Assembly (NCBI GenBank): GCA_963827165.1
Contig: CAWGZR010000010.1
Location: 64,001-128,000, forward strand
Direction: 5' to 3'
From: Candidatus Bathyarchaeota archaeon
GTDB taxonomy: Archaea > Thermoproteota > Bathyarchaeia > Bathyarchaeales > Bathycorpusculaceae
Length of the DNA stretch: 64,000 bases
In this document: piece by piece, positions 19,068-27,837 of the stretch
How the letters are laid out: the number at the start of each line of letters is the position of its first letter
How positions within the stretch are numbered: the stretch's first letter is position 1
Made by a program: the position numbers and the translations under genes
Notes under the pieces: generated by a model
What the model was told of the DNA's origin: nothing
The model's input: only the letters and a program-made list of their open reading frames with translations
The model's database searches: none

Positions 19068-20357
19068 TTAAGCTTTAGTTTCTTCAGGGGACTTAAACAC
19101 TGGGAAAGTGTACCTGCCTTGAGGTACCGCCCAAACTCTTGAAGCGGAGCCTGCAATCTTGAATGCTTCAGCCAACGCATCGTTTACTGCACGCGCGGTC
19201 TTTAGCTTGAATATGCTTGTGGCATAATAGTCGGGCAGCGAAGAAACCAGTATTATCTGGTGATTTTGCAGAGCTTTTAAGAGGTAATATGCTTGGTGTC
19301 CGCCCATGACGAAGTTGCGTTTGATTTCGCGCTCCACATTTTTGAGGTCGCCTAAACGGGTCATCCAATCGTAAAACGCTTGGTTCCCATGCCCTTCAGG
19401 ACACTCCGCCACCAGAATAATGACGCCGCCCCGTTTCACAGCGTCCAAAACGTTGTCCAACGCTTTGTAAGCTTGATAAAGATCCGCATCCCCCGGGGAC
19501 CCACCAGCACTCACTACGAGAATCTCAGCTCTGCGATCCACTTCAACGAGGTACATATCATCCACAAGTTTAACGGCTTCCAAGAACGCTTGCTCCAAGT
19601 CGCCGGCGAAAGCTTCTACAATTTCGCCCTTCTTGTTTGTAACGACGTTAACGATAAAATCAACTTTGGCAAGTTGAGCTGCTTCAGTCATATCCCGATG
19701 CACTGGGTTGTCTTCCAAGTTTCCCGTTCGAGAATTTGCATGCAACAGCATCGAATGGTTTTGCTTGATGGTTTCTTCGCCGCACACTGCGGGCAGAACG
19801 CTTTTTCTTCCGCCGCCATACCCAGCGTAATAGTGAAAGCCGACATCGCCCAAAAGCACTCGTACATCTGCATCTGCAAAGACACGGTTAACCATAATTT
19901 TATTGCCATGTGTCTTTGTTGTGCCAACATTCACCAAATCGGCCGCTCGACAGTCATGGCTCACAACTTTAACCCGTTTCAAAGCGTCCGCACCAATCAG
20001 AGCTTCGGCTTCCTCAGGTTTAACCGCTCGGTGAGTGCCGCAACCAAAAATAACCGTGACATTTTCGTCTTTGACCCCTGCGATGCTCAACTCGGCGAGC
20101 ACGGGCAGAAGCATCGTTTCGGTTGGCGTTTTGCGGGTTACATCATCAACAACGATTGCGACTTTGCTTTCAGGTTTGGCGATTTCGCTAAGCCGCATTG
20201 AACCAACTGGAATGGTCTCTTTGAGGGCTCGTTCAACTTCTGCTTTCGCGTCGGCTACTCCTTGTCGGTCAGCGGGTTCAATTGTGCCAAGCAGGTTTCG
20301 GGCTGGAACTCGGACGCAAACGTCGGTTTTTCCGTAGGGAAGCCAAACATCAACCAT
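19068..20357 (-). CDS. larA: LarA-family nickel-pincer racemase/epimerase
   Basis: DDVTRKTP, GTHR, HYYAGYGGGRKS, DLYQAYKAL, ECPEGHG. Confidence 0.88.
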   Translation of the reverse strand: MVDVWLPYGKTDVCVRVPARNLLGTIEPADRQGVADAKAEVERALKETIPVGSMRLSEIAKPESKVAIVVDDVTRKTPTETMLLPVLAELSIAGVKDENVTVIFGCGTHRAVKPEEAEALIGADALKRVKVVSHDCRAADLVNVGTTKTHGNKIMVNRVFADADVRVLLGDVGFHYYAGYGGGRKSVLPAVCGEETIKQNHSMLLHANSRTGNLEDNPVHRDMTEAAQLAKVDFIVNVVTNKKGEIVEAFAGDLEQAFLEAVKLVDDMYLVEVDRRAEILVVSAGGSPGDADLYQAYKALDNVLDAVKRGGVIILVAECPEGHGNQAFYDWMTRLGDLKNVEREIKRNFVMGGHQAYYLLKALQNHQIILVSSLPDYYATSIFKLKTARAVNDALAEAFKIAGSASRVWAVPQGRYTFPVFKSPEETKA

Positions 20358-20517
20358 GACTGGTCACGTATTGGAATGTACTCAACCTAGGAGCTTTTAA
20401 GCCTTATCAAAACATGCGTGAAGAAAAACGAATGCGATTTTGCTAAATGAATTTATTAGGGTTCTAATGCAACAGTAGTGTTAAATCGGATTGGGAATCT
20501 TTCGGCTGGGAAACTGA

Positions 20518-21708
20518 TTGCGTAGGCGCCAAAGCGTATTCAAAGATGAGTCAAGACTTGACATAAATTACGTTCCGCAGAAGCTTCCCCACAGAGAGTC
20601 GGAGCTTCGTTTGCTGACGGAGTTCTTCAGCTTCGTTATCCATTGCCCAGAGCGTATGGCTCAACGTATCATCGTTACAGGCGATGTGGGAACGGGAAAA
20701 ACAGCTCTTGCCCAGCATTTCGGCGCCACCATAACATCAGAAGCTAACAGACGAGGCGTAAAATTCCGATATATTCACATCAACTGTCGAGAGTTCCGTG
20801 GCAACCTTCTCCAGATCATTCATCAGACACTCGCCGCTTTCCGCCCCACCTACCCGGCCCGTGGATACTCAGAACAGGAAATTCTCACCGCTCTGATGCA
20901 GGTTCTAGACGAAGAACAGGTCTCCGTGGTGCTGACTCTGGATGAGTTTGACAGCGTCATCGAAAACGAAGGCTCAGACGCCGTATACAAGTTGACCAGG
21001 CTGCAGGAGATGCGGCAGGGCAAACCGCAGCGGCTCTCATTCATTTTTATCATGCGCGACCTAAAAGCGGTGGAGAAGCTGGACGCGAGCTCAAAAAGCA
21101 CCCTTCAACGCAGCATCATTTGCCTTGAACGGTATGGCAAACAACAACTGATCGATATACTCAGCGACCGTGTAGCCATGGCGTTTGAACTTGGCACTGT
21201 AGAAGAAGACGTCGTCGGATTAATTGCTGAGTTGTCTTTTAAGGAAACGGGGAACGCCCGCTTCGGAATCGAACTATTATGGCGCGCGGGCAAATACGCC
21301 GATTCCACCGACGCCGAGATGGTTGAAGCAGAATGCGTCCGGATGGCAGTTTCCAGCATCATCCCAAGCATGCGACGCAGCGATTTAGCCTCTTTGGGAC
21401 TGCATCAAAAACTGTTCCTCCTAGCCGTCGCACGCTTCTTCAAAGAGAACGAGCAAGCTTACGCGACGTTATCAGAAATTGAAAAAGCCTATTTGATTGT
21501 CTGCGAAGAATTCAATCAGAAAGCCAACAGTCACACGCAAATCTGGAACTATGCGCAGTACCTCTCGTCGCTGGGCGTCATCAAAATCGAAGTTGCATCC
21601 TCAGCCTCAAGGGGAAGATCAACCCAAGTTTCTCTGCCAGCTATTCCAGCATTTGAGCTTGAAAAAGAATTAAGCTCCTCGTTAACCTCAGAGAAAGAAA
21701 GGCTGTGA
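20518..21708 (+). CDS. cdc6: Orc1/Cdc6 replication initiator family AAA+ ATPase
   Basis: YVPQKLPHRE, Walker A GDVGTGKT, Walker B LTLDEFD, GNARFGIELL, C-terminal wHTH. Confidence 0.93.
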   Translation: MRRRQSVFKDESRLDINYVPQKLPHRESELRLLTEFFSFVIHCPERMAQRIIVTGDVGTGKTALAQHFGATITSEANRRGVKFRYIHINCREFRGNLLQIIHQTLAAFRPTYPARGYSEQEILTALMQVLDEEQVSVVLTLDEFDSVIENEGSDAVYKLTRLQEMRQGKPQRLSFIFIMRDLKAVEKLDASSKSTLQRSIICLERYGKQQLIDILSDRVAMAFELGTVEEDVVGLIAELSFKETGNARFGIELLWRAGKYADSTDAEMVEAECVRMAVSSIIPSMRRSDLASLGLHQKLFLLAVARFFKENEQAYATLSEIEKAYLIVCEEFNQKANSHTQIWNYAQYLSSLGVIKIEVASSASRGRSTQVSLPAIPAFELEKELSSSLTSEKERL

Positions 21709-21714
21709 TGCAGC

Positions 21715-21981
21715 ATGGAAATAGAAGAGGTTTTCTCATCGAAACTGCGTATGAAAATACTAAAAATGCTTTACGGTTTAGGCTACGTTAATGTTTCGGA
21801 TGTTGCCCGCCGTCTGGGCAGCAATTTCGCAGTGACTTCTAAGCATCTAAAAGTTTTGGAGGCGGAAGGGATTCTGCAGGGAACAACTTACGGTCGGGTT
21901 CGCTTGTACAGGTTCAACGAAGCCTCAGCCAAAGCAAAAGCAGTCAAGAATCTCATAGAGGCATGGGAACAAAACAGATAA
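21715..21981 (+). CDS. ArsR-type winged-helix regulator
   Basis: LRMKILKML..VNVSDVARRLG..VTSKHLKVLEAEGIL. Confidence 0.85.
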   Translation: MEIEEVFSSKLRMKILKMLYGLGYVNVSDVARRLGSNFAVTSKHLKVLEAEGILQGTTYGRVRLYRFNEASAKAKAVKNLIEAWEQNR

Positions 21982-22099
21982 CGTCATAATCGTTTTTCTT
22001 CCATCCTGATCAAGCAGGGTCAACTCAAAAACAAAAAGACATACAAGAAAGGAAAACAGAATTATCAACTAGAACAAGAACGCTACAGAGGAAAACACT

Positions 22100-22540
22100 T
22101 TGGCTATGGTTGATGTTTCAGATAAGGCGGAAATTTTTCGGGAAGCGACCGCGTCGGGAACAATAAAGTTGAAGCCCGAGACAATCGGCTTGATTAAGGC
22201 TGGAAAAATCGCTAAAGGCGACCCGCTCTACACTGCTAAAATCGCTGGTGTTCTCGCGGCGAAGAAAACAAGCAGTTTGATTCCTCTTTGTCACCCTCTT
22301 CCCTTGACTAATGTGCAAGTAGAGGTTAAAGTGTCAGGCGAAGGCTCAGTTGAGGTTTTGGCGACTGTGAAAGCCAAGGCGCAGACTGGCGTGGAGATGG
22401 AGGCGCTGGCTGCGGTTTCTATGGGTTTGCTAACTGTTTGGGACATGACAAAGCAGTATGAAAAAGACGCAGCTGGACAGTACCCGTCAACAGCTATTGA
22501 AAACATTCACGTTGTGCGAAAGTTCAAACAGCAGGTGTAA
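22100..22540 (+). CDS. moaC: Cyclic pyranopterin monophosphate synthase
   Basis: MVDVSDK, LIPLCHPL, TGVEMEAL, WDMTK. Confidence 0.95.
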   Translation: MAMVDVSDKAEIFREATASGTIKLKPETIGLIKAGKIAKGDPLYTAKIAGVLAAKKTSSLIPLCHPLPLTNVQVEVKVSGEGSVEVLATVKAKAQTGVEMEALAAVSMGLLTVWDMTKQYEKDAAGQYPSTAIENIHVVRKFKQQV

Positions 22541-22543
22541 AAC

Positions 22544-23074
22544 ATGAGCGAAACCACAAAGCAACATAAGACTAAAGCGCCAAAAACTCTCAACTTCGGA
22601 ATCTACATCTGCAGCACTTCGCGGTACACGCTTGTACAAAAGGGTGAAAAAGTCGATGATCTTGGCGGCGACACACTGATTGAACTCCTCAAAAAGGCAC
22701 AGCAGAATGTACTTTTTAAGCGGATAATCGCCGATGACAAGGAGCTGATTTCCGCAGCTGTAATGGAAGCCTTAGACATACCCGATTTAGACGTCTTGAT
22801 CTTTTCAGGAGGAACAGGCATCACCCACACTGACATCACGATCGAAACTGTTACACCCTTCTTCGAGAAAACTCTGCCAGGGTTCGGTGAGTTCTTCAGG
22901 GCCATAAGCTTCAGTAAGGTTGGCTCCGCCGCAGTTTTATCCCGCGCCGCCGCTGGCGTTGCTAATGGGAAAGCCCTGTTTTGTATTCCAGGTTCGCCAG
23001 ATGCCGTGCGGGTTGCGGCAGAAATGCTTATTTTGCCCGAGTCGCCACACATCGTTAAACACTCACGTGAATAA
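22544..23074 (+). CDS. moaB: MogA/MoaB molybdopterin adenylyltransferase
   Basis: SGGTGITHTDIT, LPGFGEFFR, LSRA, IPGSP. Confidence 0.92.
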   Translation: MSETTKQHKTKAPKTLNFGIYICSTSRYTLVQKGEKVDDLGGDTLIELLKKAQQNVLFKRIIADDKELISAAVMEALDIPDLDVLIFSGGTGITHTDITIETVTPFFEKTLPGFGEFFRAISFSKVGSAAVLSRAAAGVANGKALFCIPGSPDAVRVAAEMLILPESPHIVKHSRE

Positions 23075-23077
23075 CCA

Positions 23078-24010
23078 ATGAGTTTAACCGACAACTGCGG
23101 CAGACCCCTTCTTAACCTTAGGATTTCAATTACCCAGCGATGCAACAACCGCTGCGCATACTGTCACCGCGAAGGGGAAGTTCAACGAGCTAACCTTTCA
23201 GCCGAACAAATGACGTGTCAAGAAATTGTTCATATTGCACAAATAGCAATTAGCCTTGGTATCGCACGCGTAAAGTTGACTGGAGGCGAACCGCTCATGC
23301 GCCAAGACCTCCCAGAAATCGTTTCAGGCATCGCAGCGATTCAGGGTTTGAAGGACCTATCTTTAACAACTAATGGTCTGCTGCTGGGCGGGATGGCGAA
23401 GGACCTGAATATACGCGGACTTAAGCGTGTTAACATAAGTTTGCCCTCGCTCAAACCGGAAACTTACCGAAGATTGACAGGCGGCAAACTCCAAGATGCG
23501 TTGGAAGGGGTTAAAGCAGCTATTGAGGAGGGCTTCTGCCCGGTAAAGCTTAACATGGTTATCTTAAAGGATGTGAACGTAGGAGACGTTCCAGACTTGA
23601 TTGAGTACGCACGTCAAAACCATGTTGTCCTGCAACTTATTGAGCTCGACCCAGTCAACGTCGGCAGCGACTACTACTTGACGCATCACCGCAGCTTAGA
23701 CGATCAGGAACAGCTCCTCAAAGAGCAGGCTTTGACTGTTGAGAGCCGACCTTTCATGCATAACCGCCTAATCTACCATCTGCCAAACGTAACTGTCGAA
23801 GTTGTGCACCCTATCGAAAACACAGATTTTTGCATGCACTGCACTCGTATGCGCGTCACAAGCGACGGCAAACTAAAACCCTGCTTAATGAGAAACGACA
23901 ACTTAACAGACATCCTGACACCGATACGCCAAGGCGCAAACGATCTACAATTGAGACAACTGTTTGTCCAAGCCAATCAGCTAAGAGAGCCTTATAATAA
24001 AAGCAGCTAA
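23078..24010 (+). CDS. moaA: GTP 3',8-cyclase (radical SAM)
   Basis: CNNRCAYC, TGGEPL, FCMHCTRMRVTSDGKLKPCL. Confidence 0.96.
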   Translation: MSLTDNCGRPLLNLRISITQRCNNRCAYCHREGEVQRANLSAEQMTCQEIVHIAQIAISLGIARVKLTGGEPLMRQDLPEIVSGIAAIQGLKDLSLTTNGLLLGGMAKDLNIRGLKRVNISLPSLKPETYRRLTGGKLQDALEGVKAAIEEGFCPVKLNMVILKDVNVGDVPDLIEYARQNHVVLQLIELDPVNVGSDYYLTHHRSLDDQEQLLKEQALTVESRPFMHNRLIYHLPNVTVEVVHPIENTDFCMHCTRMRVTSDGKLKPCLMRNDNLTDILTPIRQGANDLQLRQLFVQANQLREPYNKSS

Positions 24011-24034
24011 TCAAAAGCAAAACGTTTTTTCGAA

Positions 24035-24532
24035 TTAAAGCTCAATTATCTTTGCTTCCTGCTTAGCCGTGTCCAGCAGAGCAATTGTGCATTTTCCAGT
24101 TAGGTAGCCGCAGAGTTCTCCAGGGTTTATGGCGAGTGTTTTTCCTCTTTTTTCGACGCGGCTGTAGTGAGAGTGCCCATGAATAACTGCGTCAAAGATT
24201 CCGCCTTCAATGATTGCATTGAGCAGCTCGGTTTCTTCCCCGTGTAGAAGCGCGATTCTGAAACCTTCGACCTCAACTTTGGCGAATCTTTCGTGTATTG
24301 TGCAGTTACTGGTTTCGCTGAAACGTCTTTTGAGGAGTTCGTGGTCTCCATCGTTGTTACCGAAGACGCCAACGAGTTTACAATTTAGCTGTTTTAGTTT
24401 GGGTAGAACGAAGCCTGCAACGTAGTCGCCTGCGTGAAGGACTAAACCAACTTTTTGGTCATTAAGGTATTTCACTGCCTTCTCGATTTGAGGCAGGTTG
24501 TCATGGGTATCTGAGATTGCGCCTACAAGCAT
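24035..24532 (-). CDS. Metallophosphoesterase (YfcE/MJ0936 family)
   Basis: SDTHDN, HAGD, GNND, HG, GHSH, NPG. Confidence 0.92.
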   Translation of the reverse strand: MLVGAISDTHDNLPQIEKAVKYLNDQKVGLVLHAGDYVAGFVLPKLKQLNCKLVGVFGNNDGDHELLKRRFSETSNCTIHERFAKVEVEGFRIALLHGEETELLNAIIEGGIFDAVIHGHSHYSRVEKRGKTLAINPGELCGYLTGKCTIALLDTAKQEAKIIEL

Positions 24533-25063
24533 AACCGATCACAATTGATTTTTCACTCGTTGCTGCAATAAAGGTTTTCGCTTGTTTAACCGCGATTTGA
24601 AAAAAAGGATGGGAGTGCAGTTGTTTTCACGCTATCCTTTTTGAATGGAAAGAAGAAACAAACTGGACATAATGCCAGCATGCTGGAAACAACTAAAAAA
24701 GAAAGATGGAACGAATTACTTCGTCCCAAATCCTAAACTTATTTTGATCATCCTCGTTTGAAAAAAGGTTTCTTGGTCGCACCCTGCGGTGGACGTTAAA
24801 CGCATTTTTTGTTGTTGTGGACTCAATAGCGGAAAAAGACTTCACAAGCTTCCAGCATTAATTCCCCGCCTTCAGCTTCATCGTACCTCGATTTTCTCAT
24901 CGTCCAAGGTTTTAGGAACCCTAACGGGTTTATTTACGTTTTCCATAAGTCAGAGCCTTAGGCACCTAAAATAAAGCGTCAATTAGTTTGAGGTTGATTT
25001 GCCAAGTTGGTTTTAGGGTTACACCTAGTTTTTTGATGAAAGAAAAAAGTGGCTAAAGCAGGG

Positions 25064-25396
25064 TTAATCTGAGTTTAGTAGCTTAGCTTTCAGCGAGATT
25101 TCTTCCGAAATCTGATCTCTGGTTTTACCTTCTGTGGATATTCCCAAGCTTCTTGCTGCGTCAATCAAGACTTCGTCTCTGCTCTTCAAAGCAGGCGGTG
25201 GAGGCACATTAAAAGTTGTCACGGAACTTGTCTGTGGTGTTTCGCTCGCTGCCTTCGTGAATTCGTTCTGTGCTTTAGTGAATTCGCCCTTAGCCCTACC
25301 TAGTGCTTTAGCAAACTCGGGGATTTTCGCTGGACCCCAAAGGATCACAACTATGGCGATTGCGCCGATAATAAGCCATTCTATACCATCTAGCAT
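25064..25396 (-). CDS. tatA: Twin-arginine translocase TatA/E subunit
   Basis: EWLII...LWGPAKIPEFAKALGRAKGEF. Confidence 0.9.
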   Translation of the reverse strand: MLDGIEWLIIGAIAIVVILWGPAKIPEFAKALGRAKGEFTKAQNEFTKAASETPQTSSVTTFNVPPPPALKSRDEVLIDAARSLGISTEGKTRDQISEEISLKAKLLNSD

Positions 25397-25517
25397 AGCA
25401 AAAATTCTCCTGTTTTAAAAGATTATTTTCTTTACATTAAAGTTCTTTTTAATTCTTAAATAGATTTGTTGTTGTACCCTAGCAATCACCAACTCGCTAC
25501 TCCAAGTCTCTTTCTAC

Positions 25518-25621
25518 TTTTTCTGTTTGGATGATTTTGACTAAAAACCGTGTGGGAAATTCTGCGAATTTTTCTTTGTGTTTTGGGTTGCTTTTTTGGT
25601 TTGGGACTTGGATTGACTGCA
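25518..25621 (-). repeat. Conserved dispersed element, copy E5
   Basis: Reverse complement TGCAGTCAATCCAAGTCCCAAACCAAAAAAGCAACCCAAAACACAAAGAAAAATTCGCAGAATTTCCCACACG..., close to E1 over about 100 bp. Confidence 0.92.
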
Positions 25622-25630
25622 GGTTACGTC

Positions 25631-25690
25631 TTAAAATCTCCATAAATCTCTAGAAAGCTCCATAAATCTCTAGGAATATCCAGTAACCTC
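25631..25690. repeat. 10-bp-period array 5 (unit ~CATAAATCTC, 6 copies)
   Basis: ttaaaatctc cataaatctc tagaaagctc cataaatctc taggaatatc cagtaacctc. Confidence 0.85.
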
Positions 25691-25724
25691 TCAAAGAAAA
25701 GAAAACAAAAAGGAGACGAAAAAA

Positions 25725-26003
25725 TTGCCTCTAAACCAACGCCTAAATTTCAAAGCCACGTTACGTAAAATAGGCCGCATCCAAATCCCAAAAATCATGC
25801 AGGAACAGTTCCAGTTGGAAACAACTCAAACGCTCAACGTAACAATCAGCCATGCGAACAGCTTAGGCGTAAATGAGCGCTTTATGGGAAAAATGCGAAA
25901 AGACGGATGCATCACAATCCCACCCGCAGCACTATTTCTGCTAAAAGGAGAAATGCCAAACCTCGAAAACCACCTCCTAGACGTCACCATAGAACCACTA
26001 TAA
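25725..26003 (+). CDS. 92-aa tandem AbrB (MraZ-like) protein, paralog 3
   Basis: MPLNQRLNFKATLRKIGRIQIPK...DGCITIPP...VTIEPL; GGAG upstream of TTG start. Confidence 0.78.
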   Translation: MPLNQRLNFKATLRKIGRIQIPKIMQEQFQLETTQTLNVTISHANSLGVNERFMGKMRKDGCITIPPAALFLLKGEMPNLENHLLDVTIEPL

Positions 26004-26262
26004 AGACAACCACCAGAAACCTAAAAAACCCTAAACGCAACCAATGCCCATATAGCTTGGACCATTTCCTCAACATACTCCCTGATTCATAAATCAAACA
26101 AGAAAATCCAGCTCAAGACAAATTCGCTTCCCGTCTGCCCAAAAAAATGTAAGTTTGAGCATAAACCTGCGCCTTCCAAAAATCCAGAAGCACATGACTC
26201 ATCAGGAGCCATTTTGCTTTCTCAAATTTTATTAGGAAGGGGAATGTTTTTAGTTAGAAAAG

Positions 26263-26337
26263 GGGTCCGTGGCGCAGTACGGATAGCGCGTCAGCCTTCT
26301 AAGCTGAAAGTCGTGGGTTCAAATCCCACCGGACCCG
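26263..26337 (+). tRNA. tRNA-Arg(TCT), integration target
   Basis: GGGTCCG...TCAGC-CT-TCT-AA-GCTGA...GGTTCAAATCC...CGGACCC-G. Confidence 0.97.
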
Positions 26338-26578
26338 CTAAAGCTTCTCTCCCGAGAGAATCTTTGGCAAGAGAGGGGGAATTCAGGTTGTTGCGGTTCT
26401 CTATGGCTTGGATCAGGTCCTTCAAAACGTTTTCAGAGGCTTTTGACACGTTGATGCCAAGAGAATGCGCTTTTTCATAAACGCTTTTTGAAATTGCTAT
26501 GGAGACCTTAACTTTTTCTCCGTTTTGAGTATCTGTACCGTTTTGCACGTCTTTTTCTGTACTATCAGCTTTCTTCAT
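26291..26578 (-). CDS. Integrase N-terminal fragment (intN) with RHH/CcdA-like domain
   Basis: Ends GPVGFEPTTFSLE, the att-encoded peptide that begins intC; KVSIAISKSVYEKAHSLGINVSKASENVL. Confidence 0.88.
   Translation of the reverse strand: MKKADSTEKDVQNGTDTQNGEKVKVSIAISKSVYEKAHSLGINVSKASENVLKDLIQAIENRNNLNSPSLAKDSLGREALAGPVGFEPTTFSLEG
26296..26339 (+). repeat. attL core (44 bp)
   Basis: cttctaagctgaaagtcgtgggttcaaatcccaccggacccgct. Confidence 0.95.
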
Positions 26579-27133
26579 TAGACTTCTAACCCATCTGCTT
26601 TCAATTTTTCTTTCAGTCGCAGGAGAACCTCTTTAAACTCTGTTTTGTCTTTCTGGCTCATGACAATTCTAAGCAAACCCCATTGAGCTCTAAAAGAAGC
26701 TGTGTTTTCTTCCATGCGTTTGTTAAGCTCTTCAGGTTTTCCTTCTCCAAGCGTTCGCTCCATGAAAATTTCAAGATGTCTATAAGCCATTATTCCAGCG
26801 AGTTCAACATACCAAGCAGCAAGATTTCCAAGGGGTAAGGAACTGAAATTATCAAGAATTTTCTTATACTCCAGATCATCTTTAGGAAGAACGAAAGAAT
26901 ATTCCACGTTATACTTGCTAATTGTGGTCTTTTTGACTTGTTTCTTCTTGACAAGGCCATTGAGATGTCGATAAACAATCTGGTCTGTCATACCTGGGTT
27001 GATGGTTTGCCTGGCTAATGCAGTAAGTTCAGATGACCGTACTTTCTTTCTATTAATAAGGAGTTGAAAGACGTCGTTGCAAACATCACAATTTCCGATT
27101 CCATGAACTTGTTTTTTTGTCGTTTTTAACCAT
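26578..27133 (-). CDS. wHTH regulator; ATG 27133 joins the frame only if an A7 run loses one base
   Basis: Frame open upstream of ATG 26991 (VFQLLINRKKVRSSELTALARQTINPGMTDQIVYRHLNGLVKK) with no in-frame canonical start. Confidence 0.55.
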
Positions 27134-27225
27134 CCTTGTCAGACTTTCACACTACGCGTACTTCTACGCACGCGTATAACTTATAAGACTTTCGGACATT
27201 CAAGCGATTAAGGAAAGTGAGTAAT

Positions 27226-27369
27226 TTGGAAAGATGTAGAATAACCGTTCAAATTAGGCCAACTGACAAAACAAAAATTGAGCAGCGAATCAAAAAAGAC
27301 TATCCGAAACTCAAGAACACATCTGACGTCATACATGCTGCATTAGACCAATTTTTGAGCTCATCTTAA
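27226..27369 (+). CDS. 47-aa CopG/RHH protein (below ORF-track cutoff)
   Basis: MERCRITVQIRPTDKTKIEQRIKKDYPKLKNTSDVIHAALDQFLSSS. Confidence 0.7.
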   Translation: MERCRITVQIRPTDKTKIEQRIKKDYPKLKNTSDVIHAALDQFLSSS

Positions 27370-27403
27370 AAAAAAATGAGCAAAGTGGTGGGCTTTACTC
27401 GAT

Positions 27404-27571
27404 ATGAAAGAAACACAGCTAAACCTTAAAAAATTTACGTTATCTCCTAAAGTAGAACGCTGCGGCCAATGTCTAAATTTTGAGAAAAGCAGCTGCAAAC
27501 TCGGCTATGCAGTAAACTCCAGTTCTAAAGCGTGTCCTCAGGGATCCGCGCGCACGAGGCCACGGCCATGA
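27404..27571 (+). CDS. 55-aa Cys-rich protein
   Basis: MKETQ...RCGQCLNFEKSSCKLG...KACP; ATGA overlap with next gene. Confidence 0.55.
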   Translation: MKETQLNLKKFTLSPKVERCGQCLNFEKSSCKLGYAVNSSSKACPQGSARTRPRP

Positions 27572-27837
27572 CTGAAGCTGAAGTTAACCAATTCAAAGAA
27601 GCATGCAAAGAACGTATCCGATTAGCAGAAAAAAACCCCGTAGCAGACGTAGAAATACCGATCTGCGACACCTGCGGAAAACCCACAGTTCCCACCCATA
27701 TGGACGATGCTAAGACTCAGTGGTATAAATGCGAACAAGGACACCAAACAAGCACGCCAACTATTAGACGAAATCAAAGAAGGCAGACACCAATGACTGA
27801 AGAACCAACCGCAGAACAACTTGAGAGACGCGGTTGA
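27568..27837 (+). CDS. Zn-ribbon protein
   Basis: ICDTCGKP...WYKCEQGH; ATG 27568 overlaps previous stop. Confidence 0.6.
   Translation: MTEAEVNQFKEACKERIRLAEKNPVADVEIPICDTCGKPTVPTHMDDAKTQWYKCEQGHQTSTPTIRRNQRRQTPMTEEPTAEQLERRG

Noticed and set aside
19380-20201. Long antisense ORFs (273 aa opposite larA; also 46022-46615 and 22603-23148)
   Set aside because: Shadow frames of well-supported genes with no motifs
20358-22099. Chromosomal replication origin beside cdc6
   Set aside because: No ORB-like repeats (GTTCCAGTGGAAAC/G-string) visible and intergenic gaps are short
26214-26480. 88-aa ORF over the tRNA
   Set aside because: Overlaps tRNA-Arg and is antisense to intN; no motif
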